From Podarcis tiliguerta (taxonomy: Eukaryota), in the NCBI GenBank assembly GCA_965153285.1, contig OZ229111.1: a DNA stretch of 64,000 bases. One strand, written 5' to 3'. The translations under genes and the position numbers were made by a program. This document shows, in pieces, positions 39,256-51,810 of this stretch. Below the pieces are notes generated by a model. It was not told the DNA's origin, made no database searches, and worked only from the letters and a program-made list of their open reading frames with translations. The stretch's first letter is position 1. The number at the start of each line of letters is the position of its first letter.

Positions 39256-40678
39256 GTAAGAGACTTATCTAATTTTTACAACTATCAAGTTGCATTCACT
39301 TTGCATTCAATACTACTATTCTTGCCGTTGTTTCAGTGCCTCCAAACACACTAGAGATCTGACTATTCTTGGAACCCCCATCCTATTTTTATTTTTATTA
39401 TTTTTATTACTATTACAGCATGTGTGAAAATGTAATGTGAAAAGGATATTGGGTTGAATCCAGCTAAATTATTGTGTGCGTGCAAGTGCAGTGGAACTTC
39501 CTTTCCCTCTCCAGGTCCCATGCAGCCCTATTCTACTCCCAGGTGTGCTCCAGAGAGATTGGGGAATCCCTAGAGCAAATTTGGGGATCACATGGCATGG
39601 TAGGAGAGGAAGGGGAAGTTCCATTGCACTCACTGGAGTTGTTCTGTGCATGAAGTTCAACGTGGTTGAATGCAACCCATTGAATGCATCCATTTTTTCC
39701 AGGGAGTGCAGAGTGGGGGGTCGGGAGTCTATTTCTAATGTTTGGCCAATTTCCCTTGCACCACTGCAGAACTTCTCTTTTAAAAAAACTTTGTGATGGC
39801 ATAGTGGAAATTGTGGTATATGAATCTTCTCTGGTAAGAGGCTCTTTCCCCATCGCATCCTGTCTTCTGGTTTGCAGCACCTTAAGAAGATGTCTTCCCA
39901 TATTTTGTAGATTACATTAAACAAGGGGCACAATCTCTAGAACCTGTACATTATTGTCTAAATAGAATCATAGAATTGTAGAGTTGGAAAGAACCACGAT
40001 AGTCATCTAGTCCAACCCCCTGCAATTGTGTGAAGCACGTCTATCATTTGATGGCTCTGTGGTTAAGCACTCATGATAATTTACCTCAATTCAAGGCTCC
40101 ATGTGTCCTCTAGCACCAACGTTATTCAAAGCCTACCATAACCTTCTATCACCATTTGCTCAGGGATTACCTGTCGGACTCTATATTTCTCACCTACTCA
40201 TTTCAAAAAAGCTATGACCTGGAAACAAATGCTATGAGGTGATGCAATTTTTATCAACTTGAGCTGCAAGAGAAATAACTTTTTACAGTTTTGTTTTTTA
40301 AAGAAGGGGAGAAGAATATTGCATTGATTTTTCTTCTTCCTGAAATACATACGTTGTAAAAGACATCAGAGCTAAATTTTTACTAAGACATTTACTTATT
40401 ATGTCCTAAAGCAAAAACATGGTGTCATTCCCTCCTACCTTTTCTCCTCCCCTCTCATTTCCTCTTATGCTTTGTCTGACACCAGGGCACATGTTGGAAC
40501 ATGCAGTTGCAAAATATAATGCCCGTACTCAAAATCTCTGGTTCAAAGTCTTGCAACTTACCTAACTGGGAACCTAGCCACAGCAAGGAGATGATTTCCC
40601 TTTCACATTTATGGTTCATGAGTTGGTTTATGGCCTTTTCCCAGCTTTGTCTTACAAAGTTTCGCCTCTCTCTTGTAG

Positions 40679-40765
40679 CCGAGTGATGACCTATCGAGAG
40701 CACACTGCCTGGGTGGTGAAAGCGTATTTGCAGAAACATCCTGAAGGCAACATCATGAGTGTCAG
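40679..40765 (+). CDS. RPTOR: RPTOR exon 31-equivalent (87 nt): RVMTYREHTAWVVKAYLQKHPEGNIMSV(S)
   Basis: Acceptor ctctctcttgtag|C, donor CAG|gtaaaa; manual translation. Confidence 0.97.
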
Positions 40766-41387
40766 GTAAAAGAAAACGAAATGAAAAGGAACAAGGGCCT
40801 CTGAATATTTATGCGACATTTTCCTGTCAAAACAGTATTTTGCCCTCTCTTGTTTAAAAATCTGTCTCTGGTATTTAAACAGTGATGAGATTTGAGCTCT
40901 TCACTTTGGCATTTCTACTCTGCAATTAATTCCTGCTCCCAAGATGGGAGAGCGGATGAACGGGTAACCTTGTTCCTTAGAGCAAGGGTTTTCAAACTTG
41001 GTCACAGCAAACTTCAGTCAGGAAAAACAATCTAATCCTCCTCAAATTAGATACATTCTTCTGATGATGATCAACCATTTCAGGTTGCGGCCCACCAGAC
41101 TGGAAGACCTGAGTGTGGGAACTGCATAATATTGTAGGAGTGGTACCTCAAAGAAAGCAAAGCCCCACAAATTTAACGCTTGATGCAGTGCATAATGAGT
41201 CATTATATGTACACAAATGGAAGTGCAAAATTTACTCTGCTTCCTTTCTTACATGGCTTAATCCTGTGAGTGAGGGCACTGTGTTCTAAGTCAGCTTCTA
41301 TTGACTTTTGGGAAGGGTCACCCATAAATTTGTGGCATTATCTTCTGAATGCTCAGCCTTCACTTTAAAGTTAAGGATCCTAAATAA

Positions 41388-42351
41388 GATCATGCCATGC
41401 TCTGGCTGGAGTTTGTGAGCTAAGTGGAGGCAGGTCCCCAGTGGAACCCACTGCAGCCTTAGTCCCACACACAATATCACCACACGTTTGGAAAGAGAGT
41501 CCAGAAAGCAAGGCTCAGGTCAAACCAAGGTCAGAGAAATCCAATCTGGATCCAAATGTAATCAAGGGTCAGCATTAATAAGCAGGAGTCTAGGGGTCAA
41601 AAACTGAAGAGATTCTTAAGAAAGCAAGGCAGGCAAAGGAGTTGGGTCTGGGAGGAGGGAGCTGGCTGGCTTGTGTTGTTTCCAGTAACTAGCAGAGCAA
41701 GTGAAGCTCGATATACAGTGGTACCTCTAGTTACGAACTTAATTCGTTCTGCAGGTCCATTCTTATCCTGAATCTGTTCTTAACTAGAGGTGTGCTTTCA
41801 CTAAAGGGGCCTCTTGCTGCCGCTGCGCTGCCAGCACACGATTTCCATTCTCACTCTGGGGCAAAGTTCTCAACTCAAGGTAATTCTTCCAGGTTAGCGG
41901 AGTTTGTAACCTGAAGTGTTTGTAACCGGAGGTGTTTGTAACTCGAGGTACCACTGTATAGCCTAGTGTCTCAGGCCAGGCCCAATACCAGTTCAGGTGC
42001 TCTAAGAGCCTTTATTGTTGAGGAAGGTTGTTACTCAGAAAGAGCCCTTTATGCAAGAGTTCTGTTGCCACATTGACTCTCAGGCATGGACTCCAATGTT
42101 GACCAGCTGCCAGGGCTTGGACCTTCTGGTGCTGGTGTTTCCAAAGAACTAGGCGATGATTCAACCTCCCTCACTTGAGTTAGCCAAGGTGGATCAGGAA
42201 TCCACTCCAAGGAATCTTCTAATACATCCCTTGGAGGCCCCTTCACAGACCTCAGGGCCCTGGCATTATGGGGCTTTGTCTACTCACTTAGGTCATTGAT
42301 CATTGGAAGGTCTAGATGGGGACCAAGGTGGGATCAGGGCCTGGCATGACA
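41388..42351. mobile_element. Possible solo LTR (Gypsy-like) interrupted by the MITE at 41716
   Basis: Short inverted termini (ga)tcatgcca ... tggcatgaca, ~720 bp without the MITE. The left TG and the TSD are not convincing. Confidence 0.35.
41716..41956. mobile_element. Tc1/mariner-pogo (Tigger-like) MITE, complete
   Basis: TA|CAGTGGTACCTC ... GAGGTACCACTG|TA; internal sequence colinear with 28447-28672. Confidence 0.92.
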
Positions 42352-44378
42352 GGTAACAACACTGGAGACAGGGATCCTAATCTTAAACAGAAATACTTAT
42401 CTGATAGCTGTAAAGTAAAAGGTAGGAAGTAACTGGCTAGAGCAAGACTTGCTACTGAGACAAAATGCTTAAAAAACACCAAGGGATAGATTGTATTGCA
42501 TGTTCTGGGCTTATTGCTATGCAGAATTATTTCCCCATCTAGCAATTTTCTGTGCATAAATCCATTTCTCATGCTTCATAAATATGGTGGAGGAGCACTG
42601 TGTTTATTTATTACCCCATTCAAAGGACAGCAGACTATAATTTACTACCACTAAGTCATAGTTTGTTTCCAGAGAACTTCTTCCTTGTATACAGAATTGA
42701 AAGAAAATATAATGCTGTAAGAGGTAATGCTTTTCCACCCCCAAAGAAGGGGCAGCAAATGTTATAACTTCTGTTTTTCCTGGAAGCTGGTTGAAGTAGT
42801 TCCTCTTGCCAGATGAGAATCTATTTGACTCTGAATTTATTTTGGTAGGCCCCACCTGACATTAGATAATTATCTTATCTTTCAAACAAAGGGTGCTTCT
42901 CACAAGATTCAGAAAGGGATTGGAATTTTACCTGGAACTGGGCATGTTCCACATCAATTAGATCAGCCTAGCAAGCCATATTGACTCTCAACAGCATGCA
43001 GTATGTAGTTTGATGTTTCAGCAAAAGATTATGCACTTCAGCTTTAGATTAATTCAGCTTGCACAGCCTAAAGAACCATGATTCAACGACCTTACTAAAG
43101 CCAAGACCTGGGTCAGTTTGTGCCTGGATATGAGAGCAGCTAGGAACTTATGTAGTACAATGCTTTGAGCATTGATTAATTATAAATTAACTAATAAACT
43201 AACATGGAAGGCAGTAGTCTATTGTAAGATAGCTGTTCAGCAGACAGAGTATTGGCTAGGTTGAAGTAACTGGCCTTCACAGCACTAGCCTATTTGAATC
43301 ACCCTCTTGCAGTGGGTGCATATGTAAAATGTGATCCTTTCTAGTCATACATCAGGCACACTCCATGATTCTGTTCAAGAGTGAGTGGCATACTTACTAT
43401 AAGGCTTGTACTTCACAGTGGGTGATAAACATTTATACTGAAACACTAACACTAAGAACCCAAAGAACATCTGTAGGGAATAGGATCATGAAAGGTGTTC
43501 TTTAGAAGGCCAGCAGAAGCTTGACAAATGATTTATGTACCAGGAAACGGAGAGATGAAGGATTGCGGATAAAAGTCTAAACTCTGTACTTCTCACAACA
43601 AAAGCAGCTCTCTGAAGGTCAGTTCTAACTTTGGGGTCTTGATTTGCATAGCATGGGCACCTTACAGATGTTGGCTTGGGTTCATCTTTTTGTTGCTTAA
43701 GGACACCCTTTCCTCCTTCTTGCATGTACCTCTGTTCCTGAAGGACTGGAAAAAAGATGCTTATGTACTCTTCCCCTTTCTGTGGTTAGAACAGTTCCAG
43801 GATGTTTCTAGTAATAGTAGCCCTCTGAGGTCGAGCAAGTTTCTCATCACTAAAATAAAATGTAGCAGTAGGCACAGGTATTCCATCCAACATCTCAGCC
43901 TCAGGCACTGCTGTGGTCAGAACTCATTGAAGAAGCTGAAGGATGAATCATGGTGCTGTCTCATCCTGTTTAATCCTTTTGAGAAGTTGGTTGCGTTTCC
44001 TCGATTACTTCAGCACACAGGCAGCTTCGTTAAACTCAACTGTTGGGATTCTACATTACTGATGTGCGCACTGATTATGCTGGCACACTCAGGATCTGCT
44101 ATTAGATTTTCTCCATGGTCTGGCTTAAATCCGTCCTGATTTAGTTGTTCTTACTTCCTTTGTCCCAATGCAAAAGGCATATGCAGCACACCATAAGGCC
44201 TAATGGCATAGCACATGCTGATGGTGTCTCAGGTTAGCCTATTCAGTCCAAAGGATCCCAGGTAGCAAGTTTGTTAAAGCCTCTGCCTGAAGCCTTGGAC
44301 AGCTGCTGCAGAAGCAATACTGTTAGGGCAGATAATATTAGGGTTGCTGAGCCAATCAAGTAGGAGACAATGGCCTAG

Positions 44379-44728
44379 TTTGTGTGTAATGCTAAGGCAA
44401 ACCATGGCTGAGCATGAACAAGGAAACACATGGGCTCCCAGAGAGGAGGCTATAACCACATTGCTCCTCCTTGGTCATTTTGATGCTGCACTATGCTGAG
44501 CTAATCCATAGTATGGTTTAGTGTGTCATCCATACCCCAGGCTCATGGCTTAGCTCTCCCAGACAAACCACAAGCTATAACCAAGGTGTCTCCTATGGTT
44601 TAAACAACTCGTGATTGTCTGGGAGACCTAGACCAGGGAAGAGTCAACTGACCATCATCTCATCTCTGGAAGCCCATAGGTTTGCTTGTTCATGCTCAGC
44701 CATGGGTCAGCTTAGCATTGCATGTGAA
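44379..44728. repeat. Fold-back non-autonomous DNA element with ~65-bp inverted arms
   Basis: aatgctaaggcaaaccatggctgagcatgaacaaggaaacacatgggctcccagaga pairs with tctctggaagcccataggtttgcttgttcatgctcagccatgggtcagcttagcatt. Related aaccatgg/gcttag-rich copies lie at ~1870-2180 and ~57300-57500. Confidence 0.75.
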
Positions 44729-47200
44729 TGAGAATAATATTTAGCTGGGTCAACATATGAATGAGAGTAATATTAGGAGCAGCTGGACCAATCAAGAAAG
44801 AGCAGCAGCAATCTGCTACCCAAAAAATAAATACAGTTAATATCACTAAGTGCTCTGTCTCTGTCCCCTCAGCAAGTTTAACATCTTATTAATTGCATAT
44901 TTTATACCCTGAAACGAACCTTTCACATTGTTTATTATTCCATTCATTACTTTTATATTGTTTCACTTACTTTTAATGCACACTAATGGATATAAAAGAA
45001 AATACAATAAAAGCAATTTTTATAAGATAAATAAAGGGCAGAAGGAATTAAGAACATGGAATAAATCATTTCATGATTAGATTTCACATACATTAATTTA
45101 CAGTAAACCTGAAGACTTATTTTTAATCAAAATGTTTCCTTATGTGTTTTTGTGTGTGTGTTTTTTTAGAATGTTTCCTTATGTTGAGTAATAATTTAAA
45201 GCTTTGCCTCTCTTGGATATTTTAACCCTGGTTCTGCCCTCTCTAAGTGGTGCTGCAGATGCTTCCTGAGGATCCTGCCACATCTCTGACAGCTTAACAC
45301 TAGGGAGTGACAGCTGGAGTGCTTTTCTCTGTAGTTCTTCATTTTGTAGCATTTGGTATTGACCTTTGGCTTTCCAGATCTGACTGTCTGTGGGGTATTA
45401 GTTTCTCTTCTGCACCCACAGCTTTTTTTGGAATCAGATCTTAGAACATGGTCTGTACTTTTCAGCTGTGCGTGTTGCAGATGGGCTGTAAACACTCAGC
45501 CTTCAAGTGGATCTTCACCAGTCTCCATTAGCTTTCACCAGCTCCATTAGCTGGAGGCATACAAGGAATCAAATATTGGTGCTTTCATCTTCAGTCTTTT
45601 TATTGCTGTGTCTTCGTTGCCGTTTTGTTTGGCAGTACAGCTGTAGAGTCTTCTCCTTGCACCAACAAGAAGTTTGTGCAACTTAAAGCCCTGCTCACTA
45701 TTCTTTTTTTGTGCTATGTTTTCCTTTGCCTTTTTTTATACCGTCAGGCTCCACAGGCTGTAACCAGCCATGGGTTACACTATGAAGGCTATTAGGTCTT
45801 TAATTAAATTACAAGGTTCCAGAAACAAGAGAGATATAATGAACCCTAAATGAAGGGAAAGTTCTAAGAGAGACGGGGCATGCAGGTCAGATATTTGAAG
45901 TATCACAAGAGAGAGCGGAAGGATCTGAACTGCAGTAGGGAAGCCCCATGTTGAGTCCTCATTATGAAATGCTGCAGCTGGAGACTAAGGAAGTCATGTA
46001 GGGAAGATCAGCATGAGATAGACTATAGGGTTACCTAACGAGATCCAGACCCCAGTTACCTGAATGCTGCTTCTTAGCAGGCTCTGTTACATCCTCAGAC
46101 CAGCAATTGTGGTGATGCAGGGAGTAGAGAATTAGTTATAACCAAAGTTTAAGGCCCTCCGACTAGATTTTTACACTTAAATAGCCATTCTCTGTAATCA
46201 AAATTATTTATTGAAGAAATTTTATAAACTGCATTATAAAAAGAAAAAGAAACCCTTAAGCATTGTACATAAAATAGTAAATTCCCAATAAAATACAGTC
46301 ATTTGACTGAATTAGGATAACTTCAGCTGGTCAGGCTTTGGCTACAGTTTTCTCAGCAACATTTTCTCATTTGCCTTCCTTATTCTACTAGTTTTTCATT
46401 AATCTCTCTGCTCTGAAAACTACAGACAAGGACTGTAATTCCTTCAGTTTCTTAGCAGACCTGGTTTTATCCATCTCCCTTACATTTTGCCCAAATCCTC
46501 TGCTCAAGAAACAATCTGCTCAGTGAGTGGACCCCATGTTTCAACCTTGTTTTCCTCATAGAATCATCACTTGGACACACCTTACAGCATTTGAAGGACT
46601 GGGACGGAAGGCCAGTTTCATGAGCTATGAATCCATTATATTTATGACAAGACAGTAATCAAGCTGAAAGTTAGAAATTTCACTTCACCAATTATTGTGA
46701 TCTTAACCATTCACTGATGCCACTATAAAGCATCTTGCCCAGTGTTAAAGGTCTTCAACCTGCCAAAAATTTGTCACAGGACCATTAGCCCAAAGTCACA
46801 GGATGTTTGCATATGGTTAAAGTAACCCTGTTGTCATTTACCTTGTTCCAGGGGAATACAAAGGGTCTTAAAGTCCAGAAATCAGTCAAACAGCAAAGCC
46901 AGACAGTGGTTTTCTAGTGGTATTTAATGCCAATGAGTTGAACAGGAGGAATAATGAATTGATTCATGTACACTGATTCCTTGTGTGTGAGTAACCTTAT
47001 GTTTGCTTCTGCAGCATCTAGGGCTGCCTGAAACAGACTGCAGTGGGTGGCAAGTATGCTGGTTTTCACAAAGGGACATTGCTGGCAAATTGAGCATTGA
47101 TACTAATACTCTCCTAATTTTAGACAGGTTCTGGGATAAGTAGATCTGCTCTCCTTGTTGGAGCAAACAGGTAATAGCCCCATGTTTTATCTCTTTGCAG

Positions 47201-47317
47201 TGTTAATGGAGATGTCCGTTTCTTTGACCCAAGGATGCCAGAATCAGTGAAGGTCCTGCAGATAGTAAAAGGACTGACAGCTCTGGACATCCACCCACAA
47301 GCCAACCTGTTTGCATG
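47201..47317 (+). CDS. RPTOR: RPTOR exon 32-equivalent (117 nt): VNGDVRFFDPRMPESVKVLQIVKGLTALDIHPQANLFA(C)
   Basis: Acceptor ctctttgcag|T, donor ATG|gtaagt; manual translation. Confidence 0.97.
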
Positions 47318-47875
47318 GTAAGTTCTAAATACTGCCTGCATACCACCCTGCTCCATTGTTAAACACTTGCATTTATTTTCCTTGGCATAAATAGTGTGGC
47401 TTATTTCACGTATTTGCAGCTGAGGTATTTCAATTCTTGTATGCTTCATTGAACCTGCAGCACATGGATTTCAATTATGGTGGGTGTTGCAGCTCACCGT
47501 ATTATGTGGGTTTCCCTTCCTTAAGAGCAGAAAGTACACTATTTGGTAGGGACTTGCTGTCCAGTGTCAGCAGTTTGGTGCCTGGGGTTTTCTCTCAAGA
47601 CCATCTCATAGTTATATTCTCCCTGCCTGCTGTTGTGTCTCCCATCCTGCCTCCCTAAATCTCCTACTGAGCATGTGAATTTTCGATTGTGCACCTGCTA
47701 ATAGCTGAGATTGTGCTGAAGATTTCATGGCTTAAAGAAAATCCCATTTGCTGTTGTAAGCTTACTTGCTTCTTGCTCCACAAATGGCACAAGAGTAGAA
47801 AACCTTCATCTCTAGGACTTAACCACCAGTTGTTTAATGTCACCAATATCCTGTGTTCTCTGTTTCCCTCTGCAG

Positions 47876-48005
47876 TGGCTCTATGAATCAATTCACTGCA
47901 ATCTACAATGGGAATGGTGAGCTGATCAACAATATCAAGTACTACGATGGATTCATGGGCCAGCGAGTGGGTGCCATCAGCTGCCTAGCCTTCCATCCAC
48001 ACTGG
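47876..48005 (+). CDS. RPTOR: RPTOR exon 33-equivalent (130 nt): GSMNQFTAIYNGNGELINNIKYYDGFMGQRVGAISCLAFHPHW
   Basis: Acceptor tttccctctgcag|T, donor TGG|gtcagt; manual translation. Confidence 0.97.
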
Positions 48006-48670
48006 GTCAGTCTCGTTTCTAAACTGTAGAACATCTCAATTGTTACCCTTAATTTGTTCTGAATAGCTATCATGAAGATGACTTAGTGAAGCTGTTGAGA
48101 GGGGGACACACACAATATTTCCAAATTCAGAAAACTCAAATTCAGTGAGAAAATTCATTGAACTAGCCAGACAAGGAAAATGCATTTTTTTTCCTATTTA
48201 CAATTTTCGTGTGTTTGCACAACCCTTGGAACTGTACCCTCATGTAAGTTGGAACTCAACTGTATTGGTGGATTTTCAATCCACTGGAAACAAACAGGGG
48301 AAATTAGTGGAGAAAGGATTTCCAGCATAACAAAAACTACTGGAAGTTGACTGTCACTGTAGAGGATGAAGCAGGTAGGTAAGAGCTTTTATGGCCACAA
48401 CTCAATAAAACCATCCAACTTCGTAATACAAAATACAATAATTAAAATCAATACAAGCAACATAAATGTTGCCTAACAGAAGCAGAATAAAACAGATTAG
48501 TGCCTTAACTGTCAATGTTTTGCTGCTTTCTGAACCTCTCTGGGCTCAGAGCAAGTGGTAAGAGCTTTGGCCCATTATATCCAGCTTGAAGCTGAGAAAG
48601 AGGGTGAAGGGGCTTGCCTCTGTACTTAGGCTTCAGTGGCAGTCAGACAACCTGGTGTGACATCACAAAA

Positions 48671-48737
48671 TTTTATGTGAACCTCCCTGAGACCTTCGGG
48701 TATAGGGCGGTATAGAAATTAAATAAATAATAATAAT
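48671..48737 (+). mobile_element. L2-type 3' tail fragment in the last RPTOR intron
   Basis: gtgaacctccctgagaccttcgggtatagggcggtatagaaattaaataaataataataat, a typical squamate L2 terminus. Confidence 0.7.
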
Positions 48738-48877
48738 CAAGACTCTAACCCCTTCCCTCTTGAGTAAGGAGCAGGGCTGGTGGCGAGTATAAATTCTGAC
48801 TAGCTTCAAAAGCCAATCAAAACCAGCAGAACCCTGCTATATATGCACTGATTTTATTTCCCCTCTCCTTTCCACAG

Positions 48878-48946
48878 CCTCACCTGGCAGTTGGAAGCAA
48901 TGACTACTACATCTCTGTGTACTCGGTGGAGAAGCGAATCAGATAA
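48878..48946 (+). CDS. RPTOR: RPTOR terminal exon coding part (69 nt): PHLAVGSNDYYISVYSVEKRIR*
   Basis: Acceptor cctttccacag|CCT; TAA at 48944-48946; matches the Raptor C-terminus. Confidence 0.97.
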   Translation, partial: PHLAVGSNDYYISVYSVEKRIR

Positions 48947-51215
48947 CAGTGTGTGTGGCTGCTCTGTCAAGAGCAGGACATCTTCTGGCAGGTGGGACCG
49001 TGTCTCACTCATGGTGTACATAGTGAAACTATCGACTTGAATGTTTAGTGTTGGCTGCTGCTGCTGTGCAACCCCCCCGTAACTTGAACACTTTTTTCCC
49101 TCCTGATTTAGCTACTGATGATTTTGAGTCAGAGGGGAGAGGAGAGAAGCAGCCTCTTGCTTTTCTTCCGAGCCAGAACCTTCAGGAGCAGCAGAAAAAG
49201 AGTATATATATTCTCACCGGGTTTCACCACCACTGCCCATGACTGCTTCTCTGGTTGCTTGGCGTTATGGCTCCTACAAACTAAGAGGATGATTCCTTCC
49301 TAGAACAGGGGTGGGTTTTCCTTTGAATCAGGAATTAATTCAGGACTCACCTAGTGTTCTACATACTCTACCTAGAACGTCTGTGGCTGCTACCTATTTT
49401 GTGCCAAGTGCTGGCCCTGGCAGTCGCATGCTAGCAGGCTGCCGGTCTTGGATAGTTCTGTGTGTATCTTACTATTCTATATGCCACCGGCCACCTTCTC
49501 TTGCATTTACTGTTCCACTGGTAAAAGACGAAAGGAAAGCCCTAAGGAAGAGAGAGTCTCTCGGTGCTGCTGAAAATACTACAGAGTTGGCTGCCACTAC
49601 GGAAGGGAAAGCAGGAAACTTGCCCCCACTTCCTGGGTGTCTGTTGGGGAAATCGGAGTGACACATTTGAGAAGCTGCGTGACAGGACAGGAGACCTTCC
49701 CCTCTGATGTCCATTCAATCTATAAGTTGCTCCAGCCATCCTCTAACTCCTTTTGCTCACAGCAGAACCCCATAAGCACAAGAAATGGCCTGCTACCTCC
49801 TCATAGAGAGCAAGGAGTTCACTTATCATTGTACCACTGCCTTAAATCCTACCCCCACCTCCTGTTCTCCTTTTGCAAGAAGTGCTATTATTCAGCTTGG
49901 TAATGGATGCAGATATTGCAGCACACATACAGAACAGGCCTGTGCAGAGGGTCCCTCCTCCCATTCATCTCCCCCCCCCCCCACTTCAGGCACTTGCCCC
50001 CTAGACCGAACACAGGGGAAGCTATATGTATACCTGGCACCCTGTGATTGCATGCATGGTGTGCTGCCTGCAAGAGAACTACTGATGTTCCCGCTCTCTA
50101 GAGAATGCTGGTTCCATCTCACATGCCACCCATCTCCCATACAGTAAAGACTTCGGTCTCTTCAGTGTCCAGGGGAAGAGATTCCCAATTAAATGGCTGC
50201 CTGAGTAGGGACACAAAGACAAGAAGGCCCCTTTGCATTATGTTGTGCCAGCATTGTGCAGCTATTGGCACTGGCTCCAAAATCAGTTGTCTACAAAGCT
50301 GTGGAGAGGCATGGAATTCTGTCGTCGTCTTGCCAATAATTTTGTCGCTTGTGATAGCATTAAGAATAGAGATAGCATCCAATTCATCTTGCATTGTGGA
50401 TGTCAGCTTTTCCTTGCTTGCAAAATCCATCTCCTGGCTCTCACTATGAAGCCTGCTATATGTTTTTTCCCCCTTCGTCCCCACCTTCTAGGCTGAGAGC
50501 CACCATGTAAGATACTAGGCAGAGGCCAAGGGAGGATTGCTCATATAGCTAGAAACCTATACTGAAAGCTGCCAAAATTAAATGATGGGAATAAACCCAA
50601 GAGGTGACTTGACACATTAGTTTGCTGATCCCCAGTGTCAGTTGTGCTGAGATGCCACAGCCTTGGCCCCATTGCCGTGCCTGTCCCTCTGTAAGTGGCA
50701 ATGAACTCAGGGAAGGGCAGATAGTTGGTGGATTTTGCTAACAAGCATCAAGCCAGAGTCTGAAATCCATGTATAACTGACTTAACCTACGCAATTAAAA
50801 GCAAATGAGAATATGATGATGACGATTATTTTTTGTAATGTATATCCTATATATTTTGTTTCAAGAACAAGATCCCTTGTGCTTCCCCCCTCAGTTTGCA
50901 CAGCCAGGACTATGGTTGTGGTGGTCTTTTTCTGTTTTAATCTGTCAGCTTCCATCCAAATTGGGGTGGGGGGGAGGGAGGGAGCTGTGTTTTTTTCACA
51001 GGTCTGATGTGGAGATCCAATCATGAAGTTTAACCAAGGCTCCAGAAAGTAATCTACCTATATGGTTCACTTATCTCTTTATTTATTTTCCAAAAGCAAA
51101 ATTTAAAGGAAAAAAAGTATATATACATTTAATAATAAACCACCACAAGATTGTACTGTGAGAGTAAAACAATTAATGAAATAAATGGTTAATAAAATGT
51201 AAATGCCGTAACAGC
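48947..51215 (+). other. RPTOR: RPTOR 3' UTR (approximate end)
   Basis: Follows the stop codon, has no obvious TE, and ends in an AU-rich block with clustered AATAAA. Includes a Pumilio-type element TGTACATA at 49015-49022 and a possible proximal AATAAA at 50590. Confidence 0.7.
51134..51196 (+). terminator. Polyadenylation signal cluster for RPTOR
   Basis: AATAAA at 51134-51139, 51180-51185 and 51191-51196, preceded by U/A-rich sequence and TGTA motifs. Confidence 0.75.
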
Positions 51216-51773
51216 CTCTGGTCAATGGGATCTGACTGTTATCAGACGGGGGCGGAGGCGAAACTTTGGAGAACAGATGTCAAGAAAAATGTGGTGGACA
51301 GGTGGGTGAGCGAAGGGGTGGGGGGTGTTGCAGAACAACAAAGCAATTCCCTGAGGGAGTGCCTAGCTGCTCCTCCTGACAAAGAAGAAAAGAAGATAAT
51401 AATTGCTGTTCTGACAACGCACAGACAATGCACTCCTGGCTTGTCTTCATCTCTGGATAGCTGCACCTGCTCTTGGCAATCCTCTTCTTTCAAAAGGGTG
51501 GATAGAGGAGGTAAGTAAGTGCCTTGCAGTCTGGAGAAAGTACCTAGCTACTGCCTCCAAAACAACAACATCTCACAGGTGAGTGTGCTTGGAATTGCAG
51601 CTTTAAGTCCAGAAAAGGAAAACAGTAATTCTCCCACAATTCCTTGTATGACTTAACTATGTGGCAAGAACTCCCCCACCCCACCCCTTTATAGGATTAT
51701 AATTGTACAAAAAAAGGGGTACAAAATTATTTCAAGCCATTTTCTTATTGAGGCAATTTAAGAATGCTGTACC

Positions 51774-51774
<1 letters not shown>

Positions 51775-51805
<31 letters not shown>
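51775..51805. repeat. (GA)n microsatellite
   Basis: About 15 GA units. Confidence 0.95.

Positions 51806-51810
<5 letters not shown>

Larger units (their letters stand above)
251..51215 (+). other. RPTOR: RPTOR gene, 3' portion (exons equivalent to human 24-34 plus 3' UTR); 5' part lies upstream of the window
   Basis: Eleven AG/GT-bounded exons of 111,106,115,125,105,107,128,87,117,130 and 69 coding nt join in frame (1200 nt). They encode the recognisable Raptor C-terminus (GFCDWSAKYFAQPVMK ... WD40 repeats ... SVEKRIR*). The 3' end is approximate. Confidence 0.98.

Noticed and set aside
43639-44139. Longest ORF (166 aa) as a nested gene
   Set aside because: Non-ATG start, intron-like composition, no domain similarity; compatible with chance.
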